DNA of 64,000 nucleotides, from IMG/VR virus record IMGVR_UViG_2706795139_000001; one strand, given 5' to 3'. This DNA is from a virus. Lineage: Duplodnaviria > Heunggongvirae > Uroviricota > Caudoviricetes > Demerecviridae. Positions within the stretch are counted from its first letter, which is position 1. Each line of letters starts with the position of its first letter. Shown here in pieces: positions 37,818-48,023 of the stretch. The notes under the pieces are model-generated. The model did no database searches and was not told the DNA's origin. It worked only from the letters and a program-made list of their open reading frames with translations. The position numbers and the translations under genes are program-made.

Positions 37818-38333
37818 TTACTTCGCTTTACGCTTGCGAGCTGGTTTAGCGGATTTACGAGCGGAATCACCCGTGAACTTAATGCCTACACCGTAACACA
37901 GAGCACGAACATTATCTTTACTATACTCTACGCCAAAGATATTTGGCTTAACAGAACCAAACTGTCCACGAGTATCACGCAATACATCTGCTGTTGGTTT
38001 ACGCTTCTGGTTAACTGCCTTCTCATAGTCTTTCATAGACATACCATTACGAGAGAACAATTCAGCCCCAGCGTTGAAGCTCAGAGAAACTGGGACAGAT
38101 TTGTGGCCATAACCCTGTACATAGGTCACAAGGCGGGCTACAGAACGAGTAGCATTCTTAGCCTTCGGCTTTTGACGAATCGTAGCCGGACGATTCAGTG
38201 CCTGTGCAGCTTGAGCATCAGTAGGATGCTTGCGCAGGTGGCGTTCCAGACGAGCTTTGCGGTTAGCCTCAGTCTGCGGGAAAGTTTTAACTGTAGTAGC
38301 TGCTTGAGTTTTTGCGTTTTTCTGCTTAGCCAT
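37818..38333 (-). CDS. basic Lys/Arg-rich protein, possible DNA-binding (171 aa)
   Basis: pI clearly high; KR-rich termini. Confidence 0.5.
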   Translation of the reverse strand: MAKQKNAKTQAATTVKTFPQTEANRKARLERHLRKHPTDAQAAQALNRPATIRQKPKAKNATRSVARLVTYVQGYGHKSVPVSLSFNAGAELFSRNGMSMKDYEKAVNQKRKPTADVLRDTRGQFGSVKPNIFGVEYSKDNVRALCYGVGIKFTGDSARKSAKPARKRKAK

Positions 38334-38371
38334 TATTTGTTTTCCTTTTTGTTTATTAATTTATGAAGTAT

Positions 38372-38400
38372 ATTATACGGTAATTTGAAGCGTTTAGCAA
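38372..38400 (-). promoter_or_regulatory. T5-type promoter TTGCTA-17-TATAAT
   Basis: sequence pattern. Confidence 0.55.
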
Positions 38401-38416
38401 CTGAATTTTTTAAAAA

Positions 38417-38695
38417 TTATCTACCAACCATCTTGGCTTGTTCTGCATCGGAAACATATTGATACGCTCCTTTATTATACGCTGGAGCAGTACACATTTT
38501 CTTACGCTCAATCTCTTCTTGAGCTTTTCTTTCGCGTTCAGCTAATTCTTCATCCAGATAAACTAAACGTTGTTCTGGAGGAGGTGGAAGACGTGTTTCT
38601 GGCTCACCAATATTAGCCTTTCTTATTTGACGAGGTGATTGTGCACGTTTTCTCAATGGTTTAAATCCTAATGAATTTGAGTTATAAATTCGCAT
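38417..38695 (-). CDS. hypothetical protein (92 aa)
   Basis: ORF track. Confidence 0.4.
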   Translation of the reverse strand: MRIYNSNSLGFKPLRKRAQSPRQIRKANIGEPETRLPPPPEQRLVYLDEELAERERKAQEEIERKKMCTAPAYNKGAYQYVSDAEQAKMVGR

Positions 38696-38771
38696 AAAGC
38701 CCTCCTCACTTTCAATGCGAATATTATACTAAATTAGAGGGCTTTAAGCAAGAAGATTTTTAATTTATTTA

Positions 38772-39260
38772 TCACATCTCGGCAAGTTCTTGCTCAGTAA
38801 TAACAGTATTACATAATGCATCTACAGCTTCATTACCACTAATACCAGAATGTCCTTTAACCTTAATAAAGGTAGGGTTAGTATTATGAAAGTTGATATA
38901 CTGCTGTGTTAATTTAAATGCTTCCTGCCAAAGTTCTAGATTAAGAGGAACTTCACCATCTGCTTTCTTCCAGCCTTTCCTTTGCCAAGAAAACATCCAA
39001 CTTTCCATACCATTTTTGCAATAAGCAGAATCAGTATAGATAACAATTGGCCTATTATCTTTTTTAACTGACCAACGTAGAGCCTCTACAATAGCCGTGA
39101 GTTCCATCTCATTATTTGTAGTTTTAGGACTATATCCAGATTTAGAACCTAAACGATCGTCGTTATCATCATAGACAATAAAACCCCAAGCACCTAAACC
39201 AGGATTACCCTTACAAGCGCCATCTGTATAAACATGGAAAACTGACATTATTTGCTCCAA
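38772..39260 (-). CDS. rnhA: ribonuclease HI
   Basis: VYTDGACKGNPG..GWG start typical of RNase H1; 162 aa. Confidence 0.75.
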   Translation of the reverse strand: MEQIMSVFHVYTDGACKGNPGLGAWGFIVYDDNDDRLGSKSGYSPKTTNNEMELTAIVEALRWSVKKDNRPIVIYTDSAYCKNGMESWMFSWQRKGWKKADGEVPLNLELWQEAFKLTQQYINFHNTNPTFIKVKGHSGISGNEAVDALCNTVITEQELAEM

Positions 39261-39381
39261 TTAATAGTTACCCAATAGCTTTCACGTTGATTATGATCAA
39301 GTAAAATATATTATATTTGAGATTATACCTAATAAGCAAGTACAATTTCAAATATAATAGCCCCCGAAAGGGCTATTTGAG

Positions 39382-40221
39382 TTAAGAGGACATTTTAGCT
39401 TTAAGAGCTGGATGAGGATCGTACCCCTCTAAATGGAATGACCAAGCCGCAGTATTATTCTCTAATAAATCATAGAGATCTACAAATTCTGGCATTACTA
39501 GAGTTGGCAAAGGACGTGGTTTGCGTTTCATTTGCTCCTCTACTTGCTCTATATGATCATTATAGATATGAGTATCACCGCCACTAAAGATAAGATAACG
39601 AGGTTTTAATCCTGTCAGTTTTGCTAATATGTGCGTTAATAAAGCATAACTAGCAATATTGAAAGGTAGGCCTAGAAAACAGTCTACAGAACGTTGTGTC
39701 CATTTAAGATCTAAGTATCCATCATTACTTACGTAACACTGAAAACCATAATGACATGGTGGTAGTGCCATCTTATCCAGTTCAGCAACGTTCCATGCGG
39801 ATACTAGGTGTCTACGACCATGTGGATTATTCTTGAGTCCCTCAATGAGTTCTAAAATCTGATCTCGTCCGCCAAAGTTGCGCCATTGTTTACCATATAC
39901 TGGTCCTAGATTACCATTGTCATAACCCATGCTTATAGCTTGGTCTTCATAATTTGGGGTCCAGATAGTCCACTGTCCTTCGTCACGCCCAAATGTGAAT
40001 ACACGCAGATCATGGAGATTTGTAGACCCAGATAGGAACCATAAGAGTTCTCCAACTACCGATTTCCAAGCTAGACGTTTAGTGGTTACGGCAGGGAATC
40101 CCTCACGTAGATCGAACTTAGCATAGGAATCAAAAATTGAAACTGTGCCTGTTCCTGTACGGTCATTACGGGGTTCACCTAGTAAAATTACATCTGTCAA
40201 AATTTTTAAGTATTGTTGCAT
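39382..40221 (-). CDS. thyA: thymidylate synthase
   Basis: RTGTGT, FPAVTTKRLAWK, LWFLSG motifs; 279 aa. Confidence 0.85.
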   Translation of the reverse strand: MQQYLKILTDVILLGEPRNDRTGTGTVSIFDSYAKFDLREGFPAVTTKRLAWKSVVGELLWFLSGSTNLHDLRVFTFGRDEGQWTIWTPNYEDQAISMGYDNGNLGPVYGKQWRNFGGRDQILELIEGLKNNPHGRRHLVSAWNVAELDKMALPPCHYGFQCYVSNDGYLDLKWTQRSVDCFLGLPFNIASYALLTHILAKLTGLKPRYLIFSGGDTHIYNDHIEQVEEQMKRKPRPLPTLVMPEFVDLYDLLENNTAAWSFHLEGYDPHPALKAKMSS

Positions 40222-40754
40222 TAATAAGTAACCAATTCCTGTACAAATCGCAGGCTGTTATCACTGTTTGCGCCAACTGCATAGACTAATCGAGTGGATT
40301 CATAGTTATAATCCAGTATCATACTATCTAGGTGTGTATCTGCCTCTAGCTTCTGCTCGCTAAAAATTGTAGATACAAAAGCACTTTCAATATGTCCATG
40401 TTGGTACATTTCTAGAAGAAGATTAGCTCCACCTAGAACTAATGTTTGCTGATCTTTTAGGAAAGTAGGTAATGTATCACCTATCATTGATATGGGAGTG
40501 TAAATATCGTGTGTAATATCATCTGGCAGTGGACGATCAGCACGAATAAATAGGTCAGAAGCTCCAATCATACGTTCTCTAACGGCGTATGGAAGAGCTA
40601 AATAAGTACCAGCACCAATGATGATGTTATCTGGATTCAACACGTCCAGTTGAGAATAGAAAGCATCTAGTTCTTCTTTGAAGGAACCCCAGGGAAGTTT
40701 ACCTCGGAGGCCGAACTCCCCATTCGGCCCAACTGCATACATTGCTGTAATCAT
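40221..40754 (-). CDS. folA: dihydrofolate reductase
   Basis: MITAMYAVGPNGEFG..LPW N-terminal DHFR signature; 177 aa. Confidence 0.8.
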   Translation of the reverse strand: MITAMYAVGPNGEFGLRGKLPWGSFKEELDAFYSQLDVLNPDNIIIGAGTYLALPYAVRERMIGASDLFIRADRPLPDDITHDIYTPISMIGDTLPTFLKDQQTLVLGGANLLLEMYQHGHIESAFVSTIFSEQKLEADTHLDSMILDYNYESTRLVYAVGANSDNSLRFVQELVTY

Positions 40755-41896
40755 AAGAAATCTCCAAATTCATTACCCAGATCTTTCAGAGTATCAGTAG
40801 AGGTTTCGGTGACTTGACCTACACGATATGCTGCACCAATCTGAATCTCTTGCGGAGCAGGTTGTAAGGAAGTAGTATCCAGCCAGTTCATAATCCACGG
40901 AATAGGGTTCTTAGTAATTACAGGTAAGTGGCTTGGCCATTCTACACCAATGTGCATAAATGCGTTACGTCCTACAAAGTAAAGGTATTCTTCAAGCAAT
41001 TCTGCGTTCAAACCAATCAGACTGCGGCCTTTAAAGATAAAGTGGCCCCATTCAATCTCAGTTTTCAGAGTTTTTAGGAGTTGTGCTGGTGCTTTAGCTA
41101 ATGCTTCGTCTACCAGATCTTTATCAAACTGCTGGAACATAATCTGGATGATAGCTTTAGACATTTGAGTATGTAGAGCTTCATCTTTAGCGATTAATTG
41201 CAGGTTCTTAGCAATACCTTGCAGAATATCGTTCTCTGCTAGAGCAAAGGTACATGCAAAGGATGCGTAGAACTGCATTGCTTCCAGACCGTAGATTGCA
41301 AAGTAAGCGTCTAACAGTTTAGCCTGAGTTTCACGTTTAACTTCAGGGAACTCAGTTTCTGGATAAGTATTATCACCACGATGATCACGTACTGCAAGGA
41401 AATACTGGCCTAACAGATACAATTCATCAAACAGTTCAACAGAATCTGCGATGCGTGCAAATGCTTCTTGGTTTTTAGTTACAGAATCAATAAATTCTGC
41501 TGGATCAGTCAGAACGTTACGAATAATGTTACTATATGCACGGCTGTGCAGATCTTCGAAGTAGCTCCACTGCTTGAGCATACCCTCCAATTCAGGACGG
41601 CTTACAAGCGGCATAATAGCTGCTTCAGGAGCACGGCTAATGAAAGAATCTGTTTGGGTCTGCCATGCTAAGTTCAGGAGAGTAATTTCCTGAATATCAC
41701 GCGGGAGGTTTGGCCATTGTTTCTTATCGGCTTCCAGACTGATTTCAGTTTCAGTCCAAAATTGAGAGCGAGCTAATAACGCCAGCCTTTCTAGCTCTGG
41801 ATGGGCTACCCTTACATAGTCTGCAATACCAAGTGAATCACCCAGGAAAAGATCTGGATTAGTATGATCCCATTTTAAATTAAGTAAAGTTGTCAT
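40751..41896 (-). CDS. nrdB: ribonucleotide reductase class Ia beta subunit
   Basis: di-iron and Tyr-radical motifs (E..H, FACTFALAE); 381 aa. Confidence 0.85.
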   Translation of the reverse strand: MTTLLNLKWDHTNPDLFLGDSLGIADYVRVAHPELERLALLARSQFWTETEISLEADKKQWPNLPRDIQEITLLNLAWQTQTDSFISRAPEAAIMPLVSRPELEGMLKQWSYFEDLHSRAYSNIIRNVLTDPAEFIDSVTKNQEAFARIADSVELFDELYLLGQYFLAVRDHRGDNTYPETEFPEVKRETQAKLLDAYFAIYGLEAMQFYASFACTFALAENDILQGIAKNLQLIAKDEALHTQMSKAIIQIMFQQFDKDLVDEALAKAPAQLLKTLKTEIEWGHFIFKGRSLIGLNAELLEEYLYFVGRNAFMHIGVEWPSHLPVITKNPIPWIMNWLDTTSLQPAPQEIQIGAAYRVGQVTETSTDTLKDLGNEFGDFL

Positions 41897-42420
41897 TAGT
41901 TCTCCTGTTTATCTGTGTTTCTAAGTAGTGTTGGGTCTTTGGTTATAGAGAGAATTAAAGAATCTCGATACTCTATCGCCTCTTCTAGAGTTGGGAGAGT
42001 TTTCACATATTCTTTTCCGTTAATGTATTTTCTAACTTGAAATCCAGACCCTTTCTTCCGAATATTCTTAGTACCCAATATATTGTTTTTACTGGTTTTT
42101 CTATTTTGACTATTTAACTGCCAGTCTGCTTCTCTTAGATTAGTCCACTTATAGTTTAGTGAATCTCCATCTATATGGTCAACCATAATTTTAGGTAAGT
42201 TTCCTGTCATGTACAGGAAAGCAATATTTTGTGCGGGATACTTCTTACCCTTGATTTGTATTACTAAGTCTTTTCGGTTAGGATCTACTGAGTGTGGTTT
42301 TAAACAGCCAGCAGGTAGTCCTCTTACTTTATTATGTACTTCCTGGTTATTTAACCAAGTAAATGTTCCTTCATCTGGATTATACTCCAGAATCCTTTTT
42401 AATTCATCTTGTGTTATCAA
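41896..42420 (-). CDS. HNH homing endonuclease between nrdA and nrdB (MITQ..ELK family)
   Basis: VDHIDGDSLNYKWTNLREADWQLNSQN. Confidence 0.7.
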   Translation of the reverse strand: MITQDELKRILEYNPDEGTFTWLNNQEVHNKVRGLPAGCLKPHSVDPNRKDLVIQIKGKKYPAQNIAFLYMTGNLPKIMVDHIDGDSLNYKWTNLREADWQLNSQNRKTSKNNILGTKNIRKKGSGFQVRKYINGKEYVKTLPTLEEAIEYRDSLILSITKDPTLLRNTDKQEN

Positions 42421-42446
42421 AATTAATCTCCTTAACTAATGGAGAT

Positions 42447-42475
42447 ATTATAGCAAATCAGGTAGCGATTAGCAA
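42447..42475 (-). promoter_or_regulatory. T5-type promoter TTGCTA-17-TATAAT
   Basis: sequence pattern. Confidence 0.55.
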
Positions 42476-42522
42476 GTAAAATTTCAAAGAAAAAAGGAGA
42501 CCCGAAGATCTCCTTGTTTTTA

Positions 42523-45500
42523 TTATAACTGACAGCCTCCTGATGCACAGCCTACTGCTTCTTCACCAGCTCCACCACCATTTTCAGTATTAAAATTAGC
42601 ATAATACCAAGTTTTTATACCATACTTAACAGCGATCATGAAGTCACGAACTACTACTGGGCCTGGAATGATTTCATTCTCGAATTTAGAGTAGTCATAA
42701 TACGACTGGAAGCTTGAAGACTGATTCAGGAACTTCTGGTAAACAGCATTCCACTTAATATACTCTACCCTATCAATGTCATAAGCCAGTTTATAGCTCA
42801 TTAATGTATCCCAATCAGTTGCACCTGGAGCAATTGCAATTACTTTATTCACTGCACTACCCTTGATAGATACGATCTTACGGGGCGGTTCGATAGAGTT
42901 AGTAACACCTAGCAGTACAGAGGAACTTTCACCTGGCATCTGAGCAGTCAGAACAGAGTTGCGCATACCATATTTCAGAATATCTGCACGCAGAGATTCC
43001 CAATCCATTTCTAGACCTACAGTTACCAGTTCATCAACAGTTTTCTTGTACGTGTCGATTACCAGAGTTCCTTGCGAAGGCTTAGTACGATTAAACCAGT
43101 CACATGCACCTTGTTCTTTAGCCAGACGTACAGAGGCTTTATGTAGGAAGTAGGACAGCTTTTCAGCTTCACGGTGAATCCAGTTACGGGCTTCAACACC
43201 TTCGTAAGCCAAACCTTCTGCTGCCATTGCACCTGCTGCGTTCATCAGACCAATACCAACGTTACGACGTTTCTTAGCCGTGTACTCCATAGTTGGGAAT
43301 GGGTAATCCTGAATCTCGATGATTGTATCAACGAATTTCAGAAGAATGTAGCAAGTTTTCTCCCATTCAGCCAGAGATTCCATACGACCTAGTACAACAC
43401 CACCTAAGTTACACAGAGATACTTCACCAATATCTTCTGGACGCATATCGTCTAACTGATCTTGGGTCTTATACAGCTCCATAATGTGATGGAATGGACG
43501 GGTTGGCTGAGTAATTTCAACACAAAGGTTGGTCATACGAATCGGGTCAAGGAAGTTACCATGACGGTTAGATTCACCAATGTGATGAGCATACATACGC
43601 CCTGTTTCCATACGGATACGTAACCAAGTATCTAGGATTTCTTTTGCAGAGATTCTAGGAGCTGCTGGAATTGTTTTTCCTTCGTGGTCGATCTTTGTAA
43701 GAGATGCCACACGTTTCTCCGCTGCCACGTAGATTTCTTCAAACTTAGCCTCATCTTCGCCATAAAACGCTTCATGAACTTCTGGTGCGTAGAAGTATGA
43801 CATTAGCGTAATATCTTCATTTTTCAGATAACGTTTTAACAAAAGATTGTTGAAGCTCAGAGAATAATCCATCTTATCGATTTTATTCTCGTCTGTAGCA
43901 CGTTGTTGCTTAACCTGCATCAACTGGATGATTTCAGGGTCAAAGTAAGGATAGGATACAGTAGCAGAACCACCACGGCTATTACCACAGACTATGGTAT
44001 GCCCGTTACGGCGCACTACTAACTTATTGGTGGGTACTTCCACACAATAAACTTTACCAATATACTCAACTTCAGTTTCCTTGATACCCTCTGCTGTCAT
44101 ATCTAGTTGGTCAAAATAGACATAGCAACGGTCTTTAGTGCTTGTATTTGAGCGTAATCCAGCAATTGCTGCTAGAGCCTGCACCACATGTTGTTGCCCT
44201 GCGTGGCTTGAGTATTCTCCAACATTTTCGGATTTCCAGTACCCATCCCACTCCATGATTTCTTTCAATGCTTCTTTCGCAGCATTAGATGTTAAATCCT
44301 TCTCTAGCAGGAAAGATAAGTCTTTCGAATAGTATAGCTGCCCATGCCCAATATGAATGGTAGTTACACCTTGTTCATTTAGCTTCTTAGAATATTTAAG
44401 ACCTAAATCATCTAGGATATGTACTAAACGATCTACCTTGCGTTGCTTTTTAAATCCGAAACGATACGCTCTACCTGTATTTGTTTCTACGATTGAACCA
44501 TCAGCCTGCAATGCAATACGGAAGCGGTCTAGCATGGTGATAGTATCAGTACCATTTGTTTTCTGCGCTGAACCAAAATCTAGTGCATGGGTTCTTTTTG
44601 GTTGCCAATCTTCTGCTAGGATTTTCTGATACCCAGGTTTACGTTGGATATTCTTATTATTATACGATACTTGACGGTATACCATAGTATGGTTAGGGGT
44701 TACTAGAAGATCTACCCCTCTTTTCTCGAAACGTAACATTGTACCTTCGTAATCATACTCGAACACATTAAGAGGTAATACCCATTCTAACCCCCTACTA
44801 TCAGTAATCTGAGCGACTAACTCATCTCCAGTAAGTTCTGAGAATAACTTCCAACCATTCTTAGTTAAGACTTCAGTATCCTCGGAGTAGCACTGTTGGG
44901 TATTTGCCTTTACTGATCGGTCAATGTGTCGATAATATGGCAGTTTTCCGGAATGCGGGAATGCCCCATTTCGCACCGGATCAGCAATTGATCGGCTTTC
45001 AAGATGATACCCGATTCCCGCTCTGGCTGCGACCATTTTGAAGACGATGTGCTCGGCTGTGTCGATTGAATCCAACGTGTCAGTGGAATCCACGAGGCAG
45101 CAACTAGCAAATCCACGGTCACTAGAACGCAAACCAACCAGTGGCGGCGTAGGAACGTTGATTTTGTGGAGCGACATTGCATTGTAGAGATCGATTGCAT
45201 CTAGAATTGTCCAGTTGGGTTGAGATAACATCGCCATTGCCATGCCCATATAGGCAAATTGCGGGGTTTCGTAAATTTCACCAGTGGCTATATTACGACG
45301 GGAATATTTATCAAAGAACTGTTTCAGTCCACCACTAGTAAAAAGACGGTCACGATCGTGGTCTATAACCTGATTCAGAGCTTCAAATTGCTCATCGGTA
45401 ATCCATGCACTCATGTCTTCCCATGCACCTACACTAACCATATGATCGTGGAAGAAGCGTAGAGAAGGTGGTTCGAAGGAATCATAAAGGCGTTTACGCA

Positions 45501-45765
45501 TCTGCGCAAGACGTAATTCCTTTGCTGGCACGTCGTATGCTGGATTATCTTTAATAAGACTTTCGGCAGCTTTAATTAACGCATCCATCAGAGTATCGGA
45601 ATCTACAACCCCTTTAGGCAGAGTTTTTTGAGCAGCCATAGTAATGGCTGACCAACTTACATCAACTGTTTTGCAGCCATACTCTGCCCAACCATTGAGT
45701 TTTTCAGGAGCAAAGTCTTCTACAGTACCGTCACGTTTAATTACTTTTTCAATGCGATGGCTCAT
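42523..45765 (-). CDS. nrdA: ribonucleotide reductase class Ia alpha subunit with in-frame intein (start moved to MSHRIEK, AAGGAAAA RBS)
   Basis: aligns with E. coli NrdA start to end (SCCLVDSTDTLDSI, NLCVEI, C-terminal CxxC); about 300 aa longer than NrdA. Confidence 0.85.
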   Translation of the reverse strand: MSHRIEKVIKRDGTVEDFAPEKLNGWAEYGCKTVDVSWSAITMAAQKTLPKGVVDSDTLMDALIKAAESLIKDNPAYDVPAKELRLAQMRKRLYDSFEPPSLRFFHDHMVSVGAWEDMSAWITDEQFEALNQVIDHDRDRLFTSGGLKQFFDKYSRRNIATGEIYETPQFAYMGMAMAMLSQPNWTILDAIDLYNAMSLHKINVPTPPLVGLRSSDRGFASCCLVDSTDTLDSIDTAEHIVFKMVAARAGIGYHLESRSIADPVRNGAFPHSGKLPYYRHIDRSVKANTQQCYSEDTEVLTKNGWKLFSELTGDELVAQITDSRGLEWVLPLNVFEYDYEGTMLRFEKRGVDLLVTPNHTMVYRQVSYNNKNIQRKPGYQKILAEDWQPKRTHALDFGSAQKTNGTDTITMLDRFRIALQADGSIVETNTGRAYRFGFKKQRKVDRLVHILDDLGLKYSKKLNEQGVTTIHIGHGQLYYSKDLSFLLEKDLTSNAAKEALKEIMEWDGYWKSENVGEYSSHAGQQHVVQALAAIAGLRSNTSTKDRCYVYFDQLDMTAEGIKETEVEYIGKVYCVEVPTNKLVVRRNGHTIVCGNSRGGSATVSYPYFDPEIIQLMQVKQQRATDENKIDKMDYSLSFNNLLLKRYLKNEDITLMSYFYAPEVHEAFYGEDEAKFEEIYVAAEKRVASLTKIDHEGKTIPAAPRISAKEILDTWLRIRMETGRMYAHHIGESNRHGNFLDPIRMTNLCVEITQPTRPFHHIMELYKTQDQLDDMRPEDIGEVSLCNLGGVVLGRMESLAEWEKTCYILLKFVDTIIEIQDYPFPTMEYTAKKRRNVGIGLMNAAGAMAAEGLAYEGVEARNWIHREAEKLSYFLHKASVRLAKEQGACDWFNRTKPSQGTLVIDTYKKTVDELVTVGLEMDWESLRADILKYGMRNSVLTAQMPGESSSVLLGVTNSIEPPRKIVSIKGSAVNKVIAIAPGATDWDTLMSYKLAYDIDRVEYIKWNAVYQKFLNQSSSFQSYYDYSKFENEIIPGPVVVRDFMIAVKYGIKTWYYANFNTENGGGAGEEAVGCASGGCQL
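43981..44892 (-). mobile_element. intein (304 aa) with LAGLIDADG-like homing endonuclease core inserted in NrdA
   Basis: CYSEDTEVLTKNGW (block A), LLVTPNHT (block B TxxH), ALQADGS, ..TIVCGN followed by S; extein junction VKANTQQ|SRGGSATVSYP matches E. coli VKSCSQGGVRGGAATLFYP. Confidence 0.7.
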
Positions 45766-46107
45766 TTGGTTTTCCTTTTTATAGTTATCAGGATTTAGGA
45801 AATAGTTTACTTTATTCTCAGTCATTTGGCAAATAAAATTTCTGATAGAAAAGGCCCGAGTATTTTCATACCCAGGCCTCCTGTGTTGTCAGTCTAGTTT
45901 TTGGCCACTTAAGTTCTCAGCAGAATATCTATTGAGGTACTTAGTTCATTATAATTGAAGGGCCGATTTGGATTTGAGGTTACAATTTTCCACGCTAGGG
46001 TAGTCTTAGGACTTTCTTCCCCTTCCTTACGTGTAATCATATTAGCAGCACTCAGTGAAGTACGATGTATTTTAGTTTTACGGTGTAGATGTACGACGTT
46101 TCCCATA

Positions 46108-46869
46108 TTACACCTTCCCCATGTCTTTAAAAATATCGTAGAATGCTTTAGACTCAGCAGAACGAACGTTATCAATCAATTCGATCATAGAGAAAGGAGA
46201 GTTTTCATACTTCTCATAGACTTCCATAAGAAGTGCTAGACCTGAGTCACCTTTAATGTCTTTCTGAGCTATATCCCCGCAGATAATTAAACGGCAGTCT
46301 TGTCCTACACGAGTTAGGAGACAAACCATTGCCTCAACGGAAATATTCTGAGCTTCATCGACAATTACATAGGAGTTGTTGAAAGTTCTGCCACGAGCAT
46401 GTTCTATAGCCAAAAATTTAATTTTCTGACGTTCGACATATCCCTTATAGGCATGATCACCGATGGCCCATTTCATACCATCAGCTATTGGCTCTAACCA
46501 AGGCTCTAGCTTTTCTGCTAGATCACCAGGAAGCATACCAAGAGACTTACCTAGAGGTTCATTAGGACGTACGAGGATCACTTGCTCAATATCTGAGTGA
46601 ATGTCTACGAGTTCCTGAGCTGCAAGAACAGACGGGATAAAGGTTTTACCAGTACCCGGCTCACCGATACCCACAGTCACTGTGTTGTTCTTGATCATAT
46701 TAATATATGATTTTTGCTCTCGGTTTTTACCTACTAGGGATTTAGCAACTGGGTTAGCGTAATCATTAGAAAAATCAGCCTGAATTACGTTACTCCCATA
46801 TTTGTTGCCACGCTTTCTTGAACCATTGCGGTTCTCTCTTTTTTGACGTGCTTTTCCCATAAATAACAC
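46108..46869 (-). CDS. phoH: PhoH-like ATPase
   Basis: GIGEPGTGKTF Walker A; 253 aa. Confidence 0.8.
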   Translation of the reverse strand: MLFMGKARQKRENRNGSRKRGNKYGSNVIQADFSNDYANPVAKSLVGKNREQKSYINMIKNNTVTVGIGEPGTGKTFIPSVLAAQELVDIHSDIEQVILVRPNEPLGKSLGMLPGDLAEKLEPWLEPIADGMKWAIGDHAYKGYVERQKIKFLAIEHARGRTFNNSYVIVDEAQNISVEAMVCLLTRVGQDCRLIICGDIAQKDIKGDSGLALLMEVYEKYENSPFSMIELIDNVRSAESKAFYDIFKDMGKV

Positions 46870-46936
46870 TCCTATAGTGTACTTCGCTTCTAACAGAGGA
46901 TCAACAAAGAGATCTTGTTTATCAACTTACAAATAT

Positions 46937-46965
46937 ATTATAACAAGGTTTACAGCAAAAAGCAA
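46937..46965 (-). promoter_or_regulatory. T5-type promoter TTGCTT-17-TATAAT for phoH (and probably nrdA)
   Basis: sequence pattern. Confidence 0.55.
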
Positions 46966-47102
46966 GTATAATTTTAAATAAACCTATGATATTGCTTTTA
47001 AGTAAAAAATTTACTTGCTTATAAAGGTAGAAATATGATACTAGATAATCATTTATTTATATGCGAAATATTACAGTATTAGATGGCGAAAGAAAATTTT
47101 AA

Positions 47103-47131
47103 TTGACATAGTGGATAATGTTTAGTATAAT
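47103..47131 (+). promoter_or_regulatory. consensus promoter TTGACA-17-TATAAT, divergent from phoH promoter
   Basis: exact consensus hexamers. Confidence 0.7.
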
Positions 47132-47159
47132 AGGTGTAAAAATTCTGTGGAGAAGTGGA

Positions 47160-48023
47160 ATGCCGAAAAAATTAACTCAAGAAGAAGTAGATAAATGCCT
47201 AGCCGAGCGTGGTTTTACTATGGTGGATAAGCCATATCAAAATTCTAGGTATAGGCATACGTATCAGTGTGAATACGGTCACCAATGGACAGCTAAATTT
47301 GACGCTATTAGGAATGGAAAGACCAATTGTCCTACTTGCTCTATTAGTAGCCGTAAACTAGATATTGATAAAATTAATACTATATTACAGGACAGAGGTA
47401 TTACATTGTTGAACGGCTATAAAAATAGTGCCGATATAAATACTAAATTTAGGTGTGTTTGTGGTCATGAGTGGGCTACTACACTTAATAGTATAATTAA
47501 TAGAGGTAGTGGCTGCCCATCTTGTGCTGCTAATAAACAGAAACTTAGTGTTAATACTATAAATGATCGTCTTGCTGCCAGAAATATCAGAATAGTGGGT
47601 GAGTATAGTAATGCGAATACTAAGACCGCCTTTCTTTGTGGTGCAGGGCATAGGTGGGAAGCTACTCCAGGGTCTGTATTAAGGGGGAACGGTTGTCCTT
47701 ACTGTAGTTATAGAGATTTAGAAAGTACTAGGATATATGTTATGTATAGCCCCTCACATGGGGTTAAAATAGGTAGGTCTAACAATCCAGAGCGTAGACT
47801 TCTACATATTAGATCTAGTAGCCACCTTATTGATTTGGAAATAATTAAAGTATTTGAAATTGGGGAATATAGTAGTGCAGTTCGAATAGAAAAATTAGCC
47901 CATAACTACTTTAAAGAGCAGAATTGCCAGTACAAAGATTTTGACGGCGCTACGGAATTCTTCAATATTGAACCAAAAGTAGCTATAAAGTTTATCGAGG
48001 AAATAATCAATGACAGAGAATGA
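47160..48023 (+). CDS. T5orf172-domain endonuclease with three Zn ribbons (start moved to MPKKLTQ, GGAGAAG RBS)
   Basis: CPTCS, CPSCA, CPYCS ribbons; IYVMYSPSHGVKIGRSNNPERRL motif. Confidence 0.6.
   Translation: MPKKLTQEEVDKCLAERGFTMVDKPYQNSRYRHTYQCEYGHQWTAKFDAIRNGKTNCPTCSISSRKLDIDKINTILQDRGITLLNGYKNSADINTKFRCVCGHEWATTLNSIINRGSGCPSCAANKQKLSVNTINDRLAARNIRIVGEYSNANTKTAFLCGAGHRWEATPGSVLRGNGCPYCSYRDLESTRIYVMYSPSHGVKIGRSNNPERRLLHIRSSSHLIDLEIIKVFEIGEYSSAVRIEKLAHNYFKEQNCQYKDFDGATEFFNIEPKVAIKFIEEIINDRE

Noticed and set aside
37731-38366. 211-aa plus-strand ORF
   Set aside because: Antisense shadow of basic-protein gene 37818-38333 in a uniformly leftward block.
42959-45462. Several 64-96-aa ORFs inside or antisense to nrdA
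   Set aside because: Nested within the strongly supported nrdA reading frame.
45766-45825. First 20 codons of the nrdA ORF-track call
   Set aside because: Alignment with NrdA begins at the second Met, which has a far better RBS; the upstream ATG is probably not used.
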